Part shown: piece after piece, positions 30,079-41,286 of the stretch
Layout: every line of letters starts with the position of its first letter
Numbering within the stretch: the first letter of the stretch is position 1
Source of the DNA: an uncultured cyanobacterium
GTDB lineage: Bacteria; Cyanobacteriota; Cyanobacteriia; Cyanobacteriales; Nostocaceae
Direction: 5' to 3'
DNA: 64,000 nt
NCBI GenBank assembly: GCA_963706595.1
Contig: OY970166.1
Coordinates: forward strand, 96,001-160,000
Position numbers and translations under genes: made by a program
Notes under the pieces: generated by a model
Told to the model about the DNA's origin: nothing
What the model saw: the letters and a program-made list of their open reading frames with translations, nothing else
The model's database searches: none

Positions 30079-30696
30079 TTAATTCTGCTCTAACAATTTC
30101 ATCTTTTGCCACCAAAGATTTAAGGGATAATAAACTACAGGGGCCCAAAGACTACTGAGAATAGCAGAAGCCAGCGCCACCCGTTGATAATATGCCCAAA
30201 TATATTCCACTTGACGATTACCCATCAAAGTTAATTGCAATCCAAAGATAGTTTCTGCCGCAATTGCCATTACAAACACAATTAAAGCAATAGAAATAAA
30301 ATCTTCTTCGATAAAACGCTGCTTTTGCAGTAAGCTACTCAGAAAACCAACAAAACCCAAAGTAATGGCATGGGTAGGATCAGGAGATGTCATAGCATCT
30401 TGAAGTAGTCCCAGAACGATACCCGCTAACATTCCTTCCCAGACAGAGCGCTTCACACTCCAAGCCACCACCCAAATTAACAGCCAATTAGGCCCAATTC
30501 CCAATAATTCCATTCCCCAAAAGCGGGTTGGTAACATTAGTACACAAAACAGCACAGAGCCAACAGTTATTGCCCAATCTAGCAGTTTACGTGTACCGGG
30601 ATGCCAGCGCTCAAGAGGCTTATTTAACATTCTGAATTTTCGCTGTGGCGCTCTAGACTTGCTATGCCTGCTACCCCTAAATGAAGGCATCTTCAT
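30079..30696 (-). CDS. mreD: rod shape-determining protein MreD
   Basis: Hydrophobic, PNWLLIWVVAW, G..LGLLQD; follows mreC. Confidence 0.9.
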   Translation of the reverse strand: MKMPSFRGSRHSKSRAPQRKFRMLNKPLERWHPGTRKLLDWAITVGSVLFCVLMLPTRFWGMELLGIGPNWLLIWVVAWSVKRSVWEGMLAGIVLGLLQDAMTSPDPTHAITLGFVGFLSSLLQKQRFIEEDFISIALIVFVMAIAAETIFGLQLTLMGNRQVEYIWAYYQRVALASAILSSLWAPVVYYPLNLWWQKMKLLEQN

Positions 30697-30766
30697 TATT
30701 TTGAGATATTTTAAATAATCTAACTAAACTTTTGGTTTGCCAATTCTGGGTTTGTGGGATAGGTTC

Positions 30767-31531
30767 CTAATCAGGACTTTGCTTAAACGGATATACCACT
30801 ACCCAATCTAATGACAATATCGGCGGAAAAAGCTCAACTTTTGCCACGGATGCCGGAGATTGCTTTAAATCTAAAGATTTAACTCGTCCTACTGGCACAC
30901 CCGCAGGAAATTTCTGACTATAGGTAGATGTAGAAATTAAATCTCCTACTTTGACATTGGGAACTTTTTCATAAAACTCCAGTACAGCTTCCGCAGAAGC
31001 ATCTCCCCGCAAAACACCCTTGGCTGAGGTGCGGTTAATTGTTACACCCACTTGACTCTTGAGGTCACTAATTAACAACACGCGACTAGTATTAGGAGTT
31101 ACATTCTCTACCAAACCCACCAAGCCGCCATCAGTTTTGACAACAAAACCTTCTTCAATGCCTGCATTCGAGCCACGATTCAGGGTCACTTGTTGCCACC
31201 AGTGGTCAGCGCTACGTCCCACTACCCGCGCTGGAATTGGGCGCGATGTCAGTGGCGCTTTCTCAAAGTAGCCTAATAAATTTTGGAGCTTTTCATTTTG
31301 ATTTTCTAAATCAGCTATGCGCGTTTGCAACTCCAAAAAGCGGGCATCATTCAGACGTTCTTCTGGACTTGGACTTGTCTGTAACATTTGCAACGGACGA
31401 CTGACGACTTGATACATTTCCCACAGTAAATGACCTTGAGTCTGTCTCAACATCCAGGCACTACTCACTAAGACAGTGAGCAAACTGAGTTGTAGTAATT
31501 TACGATCCCACCAACGACGTGAAGTAACCAT
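30767..31531 (-). CDS. mreC: rod shape-determining protein MreC
   Basis: TM plus coiled coil, ARVVGR, GLVG.V, SRVLLISD, FPAGVPVG. Confidence 0.93.
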   Translation of the reverse strand: MVTSRRWWDRKLLQLSLLTVLVSSAWMLRQTQGHLLWEMYQVVSRPLQMLQTSPSPEERLNDARFLELQTRIADLENQNEKLQNLLGYFEKAPLTSRPIPARVVGRSADHWWQQVTLNRGSNAGIEEGFVVKTDGGLVGLVENVTPNTSRVLLISDLKSQVGVTINRTSAKGVLRGDASAEAVLEFYEKVPNVKVGDLISTSTYSQKFPAGVPVGRVKSLDLKQSPASVAKVELFPPILSLDWVVVYPFKQSPD

Positions 31532-31625
31532 CTATACCTAATTTTATAAATTCACAAGATATTAGATTCTATTTATATGAAACCCAAATCCAACCCAAAT
31601 AGAACCCAATATCTAATATTTCTAA

Positions 31626-32669
31626 CTACGTATTGCGAAAACGCCCACTGAAAACACGTTCTAGCTGTTTAAAGTTTTCTAACACACGACCTGTTCCCAG
31701 TACAACACAACAGAGAGGATCAGCTGCAATGTGGGTAACAATCCCTGTTTCATGGCTAATGAGGGTATCTATGCCTTTAAGCAAAGCACCACCACCAGCT
31801 AGCATAATCCCTCGATCAATAATGTCTGAGGCTAATTCTGGAGGCGTGCGTTCCAGTGTCCGCTTCACAGCTTCTATGATCACTGATATCGGTTCCAACA
31901 TACATTCACGAATTTCTGCCCCTTTGAGTGTGACAGTTCTTGGTAAACCAGAAAGCAAGTGTAAGCCTCTAACTTCCATCATCGCATCATCCTGGTCATT
32001 AGTCGGATAAGCCGAACCAATGCGAATCTTGATATCTTCAGCAGTTCGTTCTCCAATCACCAAATTATGCATTTTTTTGAGATAGACAATGATGGCTTCA
32101 GTTAGTTCATCACCAGCGATGCGTACTGATTCGCTGATGACAGTACCCTGGAGACTCAGCACGGCCACTTCTGTTGTCCCACCACCAATATCAATAATCA
32201 TATTGCCTGTTGCCTCAGAAACAGGTAGCCCAGCGCCTATTGCTGCTGCTATTGGCTCATCAATTAAATACACTTCTCTGGCTCCAGCTTGGGCGGCTGC
32301 ATCCATCACCGCCCTTCTTTCTACCCCTGTAACACCGCTAGGTATACCAATGACAATTCGAGGTAAAATTAGGGATCTACCCTCATTTACCCGCTGAATA
32401 AAGTGTTTTAACATCAGCTCGGCTGTATCAAAATCAGCGATTACACCATCACGCAAAGGACGGAGGGCAATCACATTTCCCGGTGTACGTCCGAGCATTT
32501 TTTTGGCTTCTTCTCCCACTGCTAGCGCTACTTTTTCGTTTTGATCAATAGCAACTACAGAGGGTTCTTGGAGTACAATACCTTTACCAGACACATAAAC
32601 TAGGGTGTTGGCAGTACCGAGGTCGATACCCATGTCCCATGATGAGCGAAAGTTCCTAAAAAGCCCCAC
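31626..32669 (-). CDS. mreB: actin-like MreB
   Basis: [36 protein letters not shown]. Confidence 0.97.
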   Translation of the reverse strand: MGLFRNFRSSWDMGIDLGTANTLVYVSGKGIVLQEPSVVAIDQNEKVALAVGEEAKKMLGRTPGNVIALRPLRDGVIADFDTAELMLKHFIQRVNEGRSLILPRIVIGIPSGVTGVERRAVMDAAAQAGAREVYLIDEPIAAAIGAGLPVSEATGNMIIDIGGGTTEVAVLSLQGTVISESVRIAGDELTEAIIVYLKKMHNLVIGERTAEDIKIRIGSAYPTNDQDDAMMEVRGLHLLSGLPRTVTLKGAEIRECMLEPISVIIEAVKRTLERTPPELASDIIDRGIMLAGGGALLKGIDTLISHETGIVTHIAADPLCCVVLGTGRVLENFKQLERVFSGRFRNT

Positions 32670-32998
32670 GCGTCTCTACACCCCTTGTTTGCGATATTTG
32701 TTGACTAAAAACTGTTAGACTTAATAGTGCTGGATCTTATTATGTTTTTTACCTGGAGTCTAGCAGATCAGCTATTTTATGAGAACCTTTAGCTATTCTT
32801 ACTAAAACTTAGGTATCCATGTCATTAATATTCTCTAACTACAATAGACTCATATAGGTTTTGAATTTTTCCCAGGAATTTCTGACAGTTTTATACGCAG
32901 CTTTGCTGTTAAGTTTTTAACATATTTTCAATAGCTCCACAATTCGCTATGATACAAATCAAAAGATATAAGTAATTTTGTACTAAAAGGTCATAACC

Positions 32999-33363
32999 AT
33001 GAGCATTAACATTGTCACCCTTGTTGGTCGTGTCGGCGGCGATCCAGATATTAAATATTTTGAGTCTGGTACGGTTAAGTGTAGATTAACCTTAGCAGTG
33101 AATCGGCGATCGCGTAAAGCGATGAACATACGGACTGGTTCAATTTAGAACTGTGGGGAAAAACAGCAGAGGTAGCCGGGAATTATGTTCGCAAGGGTAA
33201 GCAAATTGCTGTTAAAGGTTCCTTAAAGTTTGATACATGGAGCGATCGCCAAACAGGAGCTAACCGTTCTAGTCCAGTTATTCAAGTAGAACAATTAGAC
33301 TTATTAGGTTCTAAGCGGGATACAGAAAGCGGAATGGGAGATATGTCCTCAGAACACTTTTAA
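32999..33363 (+). CDS. ssb: single-stranded DNA-binding protein (apparent 1-nt deletion near 33117, probably an error)
   Basis: MSINIVTLVGRVGGDPDIKYFESG...LAVNRRSR[K]/DEHTDWFNLELWGKTAE...KGKQIAVKGSL; missing from the ORF track. Confidence 0.88.
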
Positions 33364-33378
33364 TAATGGCATTAATGA

Positions 33379-34125
33379 CTAATAACTAATTTGCAGTGTT
33401 ACCGATGCTTCTACCTGCTGCTCACTACCAATTACAGGGGTGGAAGCATCGGCACTAGCTAACTTAGCAGCCTCAGCACGCTGTAAAATCATTGGTGGGG
33501 GCGCACTTGCACTATTAATTTGAATACCTACCACTTGCTTCGCCTGTAAACCCAGGGTACTGAAAACAGCATTAGCTTGTTGTTGAGCATCTTGGGTGGC
33601 TTGTCTGAGTGCTTGTTGTTGAGCAGAGGCGATCGCCTGATCACTCGCAATAAAACTCACCCCGTTGATTTGCGTAGCACCGACTTTCACCGCTTCATCT
33701 AAGAGCGTACCAGCTTTATCCGTAGTAATACGAAAACTCACAGTGTTATTAGCAGTATATCCCGTAATGCGTTGCACATTATCAGTGTAACTGTAAACTG
33801 GATTGAGGCGGATACCAGTAGTTTGTAATTTTTCCACATTCCGGTTTTTGAGCAAAGCCACCACAGCCGATGACCTGCGAGCCGCGTCTTGTTGTGCTGA
33901 CTCTGCCGTTTTACCCTGCACCTCTACAGACATACTGACTTCTGTGAGAGTGGTAGGAATAGTTTCCACACCACGACCGCTAACTGTCAGAGTTCGCAGC
34001 AAATTTTCTTTTTCTTGGGCTAACCCAGGCGGAATAAAAGTTATACATACTAGTAAAGCTAAAGGTAAAGTTTTCCAACAGTTTCCCGAACGAAACCGAG
34101 AACCGAATAAAGCAGCTCCAAACAT
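33379..34125 (-). CDS. SIMPL/DUF541 periplasmic protein
   Basis: Signal peptide, TLTVSGRG, L.PVYSY..GY.A.NTVS, GATQINGVSF, V.ASVTL. Confidence 0.88.
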   Translation of the reverse strand: MFGAALFGSRFRSGNCWKTLPLALLVCITFIPPGLAQEKENLLRTLTVSGRGVETIPTTLTEVSMSVEVQGKTAESAQQDAARRSSAVVALLKNRNVEKLQTTGIRLNPVYSYTDNVQRITGYTANNTVSFRITTDKAGTLLDEAVKVGATQINGVSFIASDQAIASAQQQALRQATQDAQQQANAVFSTLGLQAKQVVGIQINSASAPPPMILQRAEAAKLASADASTPVIGSEQQVEASVTLQISY

Positions 34126-34407
34126 AAGATTTGCACTCCTCTGAAAACATTTAATATCTGATCACAGCACTGCTTTGTAAAGACATGATTTATCGTGTCT
34201 CAGCACTTTCTGATATGTTCTTACTTTGACATTGCCATAGTCTGAAGTAGGAACGGTTACATTTTTGGAAACCAACATTGAACGATGCCAAACGGGTAGT
34301 TGTGGATGTTAAGGCACTCAGAAGAGTCTCTGTGCCTCTGGCACTAGTACAAGTTGGCGTAAATAAACAGACCATTCAAAATCTATGAAAAGCCCATTTT
34401 ATAAGCT

Positions 34408-34437
34408 TTTTGACTTTTGACTTTTGACTTTTGACTT
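34408..34437. repeat. STRR (TTTTGAC)4
   Basis: Direct tandem heptamer. Confidence 0.8.
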
Positions 34438-34674
34438 CCGCCTTGCGGAACTAGCCCAAATTAAGCAGAATGAAAAAGAATTTAAAGACTTTGACTTGCT
34501 GCGGCTTTCTAGACTCTCAGTTGTGCCAGTCTCCGAATCTTACTGGCAACACCTGATTTCATTGACTGACAGCACAAAATAATTGAATAAATATCTTAAA
34601 ATGTATGTTGTTTTTCATAAAGGAGTAAAAATAAAAGCAGGACGCAGCACACATTAGGATTTTTGCACAACATA

Positions 34675-36162
34675 ATGCAGTTTTTAGATGCAATCAACGG
34701 ATATTTTCCCCTGCTGGCTACAACAGATACAGCAGACAGTTCAATGGTGATAGGCGCGGTACTGCTGAGTTTGGTAGTAATTTATCTGTCTAGTAAACTT
34801 GGTGGAGAGTTATCCAACCGAGTAGGTTTACCGCCTGTCTTAGGTGAACTCTTAGGAGGTGTGGTTGTGGGCATCTCTGTTTTGCATTTGTTAGTTTTTC
34901 CAGAAGGTGGTACAGACAGTTCTAATTCTTTAATCATGACTTTCCTGCAAATCACTGCGGGTTTAACTCCTGAAGCTACCCCAGCAGTATTTGAGGCACA
35001 ATCAGAGGTCATTTCCGTATTAGCAGAACTGGGTGTAATCATTCTGCTATTTGAAATTGGTTTGGAGTCCAACTTAAAAGACCTAATATCAGTGGGGGCG
35101 CAAGCTGCCATAGTGGCAGTAGTGGGGGTAGTAGTACCTTTTACTGCTGGTACTGTGGGATTAATGGCTTTGTTTGGTGTCGGTGCTGTGCCAGCAATTT
35201 TTGCCGGGGCGGCTTTGACTGCAACTAGTATTGGCATTACTTCCAAGGTGCTGTCAGAATTAGGAAAACTCAATTCCAAAGAAGGGCAGATTATTCTAGG
35301 TGCTGCTGTTATGGACGATGTATTAGGAATCATCGTTCTGGCAGTAGTTGCCAGCCTAGCCAAAGATGGCGCGGTAGATGTGAGCAACGTCATCTATCTG
35401 ATTATCAGCGCCACTGGTTTTCTCATTGGTGCAGTCGTACTAGGTAATATTTTCAATAATACCTTTGTGGCGATCGCTGACCAACTCAAAACACGCGGAG
35501 AACTGGTGATACCAGCATTCACCTTCGCCTTTGCTATGGCATACCTGGCCTCCGTTATCCATTTAGAAGCAATTTTGGGAGCTTTTGCGGCAGGTTTAGT
35601 CTTAGAGGAAACCGATAAACGCAAAGAATTGCAAAAGCAAGTTATACCTATTGCTGATATGCTAGTGCCAATTTTCTTTGTGACTGTGGGGGCAAAAACC
35701 GACTTGGGAGTATTGAACCCAGCCATCCCCAGCAATCGCGAAGGCTTAATTATGGCAATTTTCCTGATCGCAGTGGCCATTATCGGTAAAGTAATTACAG
35801 GTTTTAGTGTGTTTGGTCAACCCCAAATCAACCGTTTAGCAATTGGTGTGGGGATGATTCCCCGTGGTGAAGTCGGGTTAGTCTTTGCTGGTGTCGGTGC
35901 TGCTAGCGGTGTTCTCTCTAAATCATTAGGGGCGGCAATTATCATGATGGTGATCACTACAACCTTTTTAGCTCCCCCACTGTTACGATTCGTATTTCCA
36001 GAATCAGACAACTTGGTAGCAGACCAAGACAAACTGATTTTAGACGGTGCGACTGGGACACCGTTGATAGTAGAAAAACCTCCATCAATAGTGCCTACAG
36101 TCAATGATGCTATGAATCGGGAAGATAGTCCCAATTATGAGGATAATTCATCAAAAACCTAA
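34675..36162 (+). CDS. CPA2 cation/H+ antiporter (NhaS3-like)
   Basis: P.VLGELLGG, LFEIGLE, TATSIGIT, AAVMDDVLG, GMIPRGEVG. Confidence 0.92.
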   Translation: MQFLDAINGYFPLLATTDTADSSMVIGAVLLSLVVIYLSSKLGGELSNRVGLPPVLGELLGGVVVGISVLHLLVFPEGGTDSSNSLIMTFLQITAGLTPEATPAVFEAQSEVISVLAELGVIILLFEIGLESNLKDLISVGAQAAIVAVVGVVVPFTAGTVGLMALFGVGAVPAIFAGAALTATSIGITSKVLSELGKLNSKEGQIILGAAVMDDVLGIIVLAVVASLAKDGAVDVSNVIYLIISATGFLIGAVVLGNIFNNTFVAIADQLKTRGELVIPAFTFAFAMAYLASVIHLEAILGAFAAGLVLEETDKRKELQKQVIPIADMLVPIFFVTVGAKTDLGVLNPAIPSNREGLIMAIFLIAVAIIGKVITGFSVFGQPQINRLAIGVGMIPRGEVGLVFAGVGAASGVLSKSLGAAIIMMVITTTFLAPPLLRFVFPESDNLVADQDKLILDGATGTPLIVEKPPSIVPTVNDAMNREDSPNYEDNSSKT

Positions 36163-36863
36163 GTAAATTAAAGGCATAGTACCGTAAGACGCAATTCAAA
36201 ATTCCCAAAGCTGATTTTATGAGCTTTCCTATTGATTTAAAATAGTTGTGCTATTTACGCCGTGCTTTACTAGGGCTAGGGACTAGGGAGGAGGAAAGAG
36301 TTTTTTCAGATTCAATCTCCAATCCCATATCCCTAGTTTCAGGAAACATAATCTCTAAATCTCCGTCGTTGGAGACTGTCAATCTCAGTTTTTGTCTCAC
36401 TACTATTAGCATTCAAAATGTTATATTTTGCCAGACTTACTCTGCTTTATAAAGTTAATTTAGATACTTTAAACCAATTAGCGCCCAGTCACTACAAGTT
36501 TGATCACATCAAGAAAAAGTAGTTGCGATTTTTTGGTCAAAACATTGATTGCCTGTCAGCCATTACACAACTCAGATCCAATCAAAGGCTAAGTCAAGTC
36601 TGACTCACAAATATTGACTAAGTGCAGTTAATTATGGTGATTCTCTGGTTGCATCTGAAATACTTTGCTCTCGTGAATATAATATCCTGATAGGATGGCA
36701 AAGTTAGAGGGAATACTAGCAACTTAAGCCATTAATTCTGTCTAATACCAGCACAAAAGTCACAGAAGTATCAAAGAGCAAGATTAGGTTGTAACAGTGT
36801 GACGATTAGCCAATATGTTGAGATATTGATGGCTCCCATGAACGCGAATCAGGAGAAAGGATT

Positions 36864-38756
36864 GTGAAATTACACTGGTTACTACCCAGGACTGTAGGAA
36901 CTATCGTCTTACTATCGTCGCCGGCTGTAGCAGCAAAACTGGAATCTTGGCGTTTTGATGCCAATCAAAATCGTCTGGAAATTAACACGAACGGTGCTGT
37001 TCAACCCCAAGCACAACTGATATTCAACCCTACACGTCTGGTGATTGATTTACCCGGTACGACCTTTGGACGGCCGCAGGCTACACAGCAAGTAGGTGGT
37101 GCGATTCGTACTGTCCGTGTGGGGCAGTTTGATCCACAAACAACGCGTTTAGTTGTTGAACTCAGTCCCGGCTATACCTTAGACCCCCAGCAGGTGCAAT
37201 TTGAAAACGTCAGTGCCAATCGCTGGAGGGTACAATTACCAAAGCCAACAGCAGAACAAACAGAATCTTCTTCCAGAAATATCTACAATCTGGTAAACCT
37301 TGACTCTGATGCTAGTACCAAACCAGAGTTTTCTAATCAAGTTGCCAGAGCCACACCTGGAAAAACTCAAATTCAGAACTTACAGGTAACAGGGGATGGG
37401 TTATTTTTGCGGACTAATGGTGGTAATCCCCAAGTTAAAATTAATCGGAGCCGCGATCGCAATACCATTTTTATGGATATCGCTGACGCGAGTTTATCAC
37501 CCAGTCTGACGCAGCGAAATAGTGAAATTAACAGACATGGTGTTAGTCGTGTCGAATTTACTCCCTTAAACAGCCAACCACCTGGTGTCCGCATGACCTT
37601 GCGGGTAAATAAAGATAGCCCAGACTGGCGCGCAACTAGTAGTAGCGGTGGCGGTTTGGTAGTTTTACCCTCTCGTGTTGTCAGATTACCAGGAAATAAT
37701 AATTCCAATAACTCACAGAACAATCAGCCCTCAGCCCCGTCCACTCCCAACATACCAGTTGCCAATAATTCGCCAGCCACAATTGAGTCTGTGGAATTAG
37801 GTAATAATGATACGCAGTTATTGATTAGATCCGATAAAACAGTAAATGCTACTAGTGGATGGGATAGATCCTCTGGTTTGTTCCGAATCACTATTCCCAA
37901 TGCTAAGTTAGCAGCCAATGTCACTGGACCAAATTTTAGTGCCAATAGTCCCATCCTCCGGGTACGCTTGCAACCTCAAAACAATACGGTGGTTGTCTTG
38001 GTGCAACCAGCATCGGGAGTGCAAATTGGCGAATTAAACCAAGTCAGCAACCAGATTTTGGCTCTACAGTTACAAGGCTCTCGTCGGGGTACAACTTCAC
38101 TTCCAGTACCCCCAATAGCGCTACCACCTCTACCACCACCAACTCAAGGGCAACTACCAAGTGCAACGGCTCCTCCCCCACCCAGACCCCAACCTGCGCC
38201 ACGTCCTGCACCCAAAACCAGAGCAGTAGTGATGATTGACCCCGGACACGGTGGTAGAGACCCAGGCGCAATTGGGATTAGGGGACTCCGGGAGATAGAT
38301 GTAGCTTTGCCTATTGGTAAAAGGATCGCTGCGATTTTAGAGCAAAATGGTGTACAAGCAGTATTAACGCGTGATTCAGATTATTTTGTCAGTCTGCAAG
38401 GACGAGTGGACTTAGCGCAACGAGCTAAGGCTGATTTATTTGTCAGCATCCATGCTAATGCCATCAGTATGAGTCGTCCAGATGTCAATGGTTTGGAAAC
38501 ATATCATTACGGCAGTGGTCAGGCTCTAGCTGGCTCAATTCATCGCACCATTCTTCAAAATGTCACTATTAGAGATAGAAAAGTGCGGCGCGCCAGATTT
38601 TACGTCCTCAGAAGAAGCTCTATGCCCTCGGTGCTGGTGGAAGTCGGTTTTGTAACAGGTTCAGAGGATGCGGCTAGGCTCAGAACCACAGCTTACCAAA
38701 ATCAAATGGCCGATGCGATCGCTCGTGGTATCCTTCAGCATCTACAACGAAGATAA
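36864..38756 (+). CDS. amiC: N-acetylmuramoyl-L-alanine amidase AmiC (AMIN domains + Pro-rich linker + Amidase_3)
   Basis: NPTRLVIDLPG, IDPGHGGRDPGA, FVSIHANA, GLETY, SVLVEVGF. Confidence 0.93.
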   Translation: MKLHWLLPRTVGTIVLLSSPAVAAKLESWRFDANQNRLEINTNGAVQPQAQLIFNPTRLVIDLPGTTFGRPQATQQVGGAIRTVRVGQFDPQTTRLVVELSPGYTLDPQQVQFENVSANRWRVQLPKPTAEQTESSSRNIYNLVNLDSDASTKPEFSNQVARATPGKTQIQNLQVTGDGLFLRTNGGNPQVKINRSRDRNTIFMDIADASLSPSLTQRNSEINRHGVSRVEFTPLNSQPPGVRMTLRVNKDSPDWRATSSSGGGLVVLPSRVVRLPGNNNSNNSQNNQPSAPSTPNIPVANNSPATIESVELGNNDTQLLIRSDKTVNATSGWDRSSGLFRITIPNAKLAANVTGPNFSANSPILRVRLQPQNNTVVVLVQPASGVQIGELNQVSNQILALQLQGSRRGTTSLPVPPIALPPLPPPTQGQLPSATAPPPPRPQPAPRPAPKTRAVVMIDPGHGGRDPGAIGIRGLREIDVALPIGKRIAAILEQNGVQAVLTRDSDYFVSLQGRVDLAQRAKADLFVSIHANAISMSRPDVNGLETYHYGSGQALAGSIHRTILQNVTIRDRKVRRARFYVLRRSSMPSVLVEVGFVTGSEDAARLRTTAYQNQMADAIARGILQHLQRR

Positions 38757-38757
38757 G

Positions 38758-38875
38758 TGACATTCTCCCCCTTTCTCTCAAGGGGGATTCTATGTTCAAA
38801 CAGCGCATACAGGCATAGCCAGTTTGATTGCCTCACCTCACAGTTAATTCCCTAACTGTACAAATATTTTTACGA
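38758..38875 (-). mobile_element. decayed IS200/IS605 right-end remnant
   Basis: TGACATTCTCCCCCTT..AAGGGGGATTCT hairpin parallels TTGACACTCCCC..GGGGATTCT at 5316; adjoining minus strand reads like a decayed tnpB tail (KNICTV...). Confidence 0.55.
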
Positions 38876-38929
38876 ATTTTCTGCTACATTTTGGATTTTA
38901 TATCTCAAAACCTCAATCAATATCTACCT

Positions 38930-39793
38930 GTGTATTCATCCTCCATTTTTGACGGCAATCTTGACCATTTTTCTGATAAAGAACCTCAACGCGCCCCAAT
39001 CGGAGTTTTTGACAGTGGTGTGGGTGGGCTGACAGTCCTGCGACAACTTTATCGCCATCTACCCAATGAATCTATTATTTACTTTGGAGATACCGCGCGG
39101 CTGCCTTATGGCATTCGTTCACAAGCAGAAATATTACAGTATGTGCGCGACATCCTCAACTGGATGCAGCAGCAACGTGTAAAAATGGTGATTATGGCTT
39201 GCAATACTAGTTCTGCTTTGGCACTAGAAATAGTCCGTAGTGAGTTTAATCTGCCTATTATCGGAGTCATCCTACCAGGAGCTAAAGCAGCAGTTCAGCA
39301 AGGCAAACGTATCGGTGTAATTGCTACTCCAGCCACAGCTAAAAGTAATGCCTATCGCCACGCTATTCTCGAAATTGATCCGAATGTTCAAGTTTGGCAA
39401 GTTAGTTGTCCTGAGTTCGTGCCACTGATTGAGCAAAATCGTATCCATGATCCTTACACTAATGAAGTAGCACGCTCATATTTAGAGCCGTTAATACAGC
39501 AAGAAATTGATACCTTGGTTTACGGCTGTACTCATTATCCTCATCTTGCCCCAGTACTGCGATCGCTTCTCCCTGCTCACGTCAAATTAGTTGACCCAGC
39601 AGTTCACGTTGTGACAGCTTGTACTCAAGAGTTAGACCTACTCGGCTTAAGCAATACACATCCCCCACTACCCACTCGCTTTGCTGTCAGTGGTTGTCCA
39701 CAAGAATTTGCGAAATCCGGTGTGCAGTGGCTAGGCCATACTTTAACGGTTGAGCTTGTGGATTTCACTGATACCGCAGTTTCTCAATTTTAA
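38930..39793 (+). CDS. murI: glutamate racemase
   Basis: IGVFDSGVGGLTV, GDTARLPYG, MACNTSS, GCTHYP. Confidence 0.96.
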   Translation: MYSSSIFDGNLDHFSDKEPQRAPIGVFDSGVGGLTVLRQLYRHLPNESIIYFGDTARLPYGIRSQAEILQYVRDILNWMQQQRVKMVIMACNTSSALALEIVRSEFNLPIIGVILPGAKAAVQQGKRIGVIATPATAKSNAYRHAILEIDPNVQVWQVSCPEFVPLIEQNRIHDPYTNEVARSYLEPLIQQEIDTLVYGCTHYPHLAPVLRSLLPAHVKLVDPAVHVVTACTQELDLLGLSNTHPPLPTRFAVSGCPQEFAKSGVQWLGHTLTVELVDFTDTAVSQF

Positions 39794-40033
39794 TAGTCAT
39801 TAGTCATTAGTCATGATTTTGATTTTGACCGAAGAGGCGGAGGGGCTTTCTAGCAGGGAGCAGGGGGAGCAATCCCTGCCCAGTAGCCGTGAAGCCGAGC
39901 AGAACATGGGTACAAGCTCCGCCCTTCTAGGGCGCTCTTACTGGGACTTGTACAAGCTCCGTCTCCGTTTTCCCCCTTGCTCCCTGCCCCCTTGCTCCCC
40001 TGCTTCTTTTGACTTCTGCATCGCCATCCTAGC

Positions 40034-40210
40034 CTATTGACTATTGACTACCTCAGTCACCTGATGAGTTACTGACACATCTTGCTGGTGTTTTCCTGTC
40101 TTAGTCGCAGGTAAATTTTTCGGAGCAGATTTGCTGCCGGTTCTCTTTGCCAGCGCTAATAATAAGTAGACTGTAAACAAATATCCAGCAGCTAAAATAA
40201 AAGTCAACAT
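40034..40210 (-). CDS. small single-TM hypothetical protein
   Basis: MLTFILAAGYLFTVYLLLALAKR hydrophobic N-terminus followed by a basic tail. Confidence 0.5.
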   Translation of the reverse strand: MLTFILAAGYLFTVYLLLALAKRTGSKSAPKNLPATKTGKHQQDVSVTHQVTEVVNSQ

Positions 40211-41286
40211 AGGTATCTTCCCGTAAATCATCGTTCTACCAGCACCCTTCTGAATGGAATATGTAATTTTTTTAATTAGATAAAATGCAACCAACCAAGT
40301 TATCCTTGATGGCTGAGTTTTATATACTGAATTTTTCCGTAAATTTAGAATTATCTACGGTTAACTAAATAATTATTGAATTGAGTTTTTTGCAGACCAC
40401 ACACACCACAACAGTTAGATTGATAAACAACAATCTGAACTGCACTCCTCAGCAGTCTACTTAGTCTGCATTATTTGCTGGCATACCTCCACGTCAAGAG
40501 CCGCCTTAACGTTCAACAGACGCTAAAAGCTTGCAGCGAATAACCATAAGGATACCGCAAAGCTCCATCTCAGGAGGCTTAATTGCCTGACAAAGAACAA
40601 AGAAATAATTTTCTTAATTCTTGGCTTACAGCGACGACTTAGACGACTTATTTTAGAACTTCAGTAACATCAAGGTAAAAATACCTAAAAACGGCTTCCC
40701 TTGAGAAAATGAGTTCTGAAAAATTTAAAATCCTTACATTTTAGCGTAACACAATCATTCTGAGTTTTCAGCTAAGTTTGGAGTTAAATTGGAAAATTTT
40801 TAGCTAGCTAAAAACAAGGTTGGAAGGACTTAGCGATCGCTTGCTATTATCTAGTACAACACGACGTAAATAGGCCTACCCTACCCCCGGATTTCTCACA
40901 AAGAGAGACGCTGCGCTATGCCCTTCAGGGCTTGACGGGTGATACCGACAGCTACTGATATACACAAACCGTAGTTGTATGTAAAAAAACATACAAAAAT
41001 TAGTAACTAAATTTTATTTATTGACTTTGGAGAATCTAAGCAACAAATATAAAAAAAAATATTTACCGAATGTACAGAAAATTTTTTGAAGAGCAAGAAT
41101 AGCTGTAGAGCTTGGTGGTAAGGATTCTAGCCAACTGGTAGGTCTCGCAACTCTAAACTATTTGTGCCGAACAGACAGCAAATCAGCAGTTATTCTCTAA
41201 TCAAAACTTTGCGCTGGCACAGGGTTATCTTAAAATGAGTGTAGGATATGTAAACTTTCGTAACCTAAGCCAGAGTCCGCCCATCC

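Noticed and set aside
34190..34375. 61-aa ORF upstream of the SIMPL gene
   Set aside because: No motif, RBS or other support
34782..36134. Long antisense ORFs opposite the antiporter (also opposite mreB, cheA, amiC and secD)
   Set aside because: Shadow frames of well-supported genes with no independent motifs
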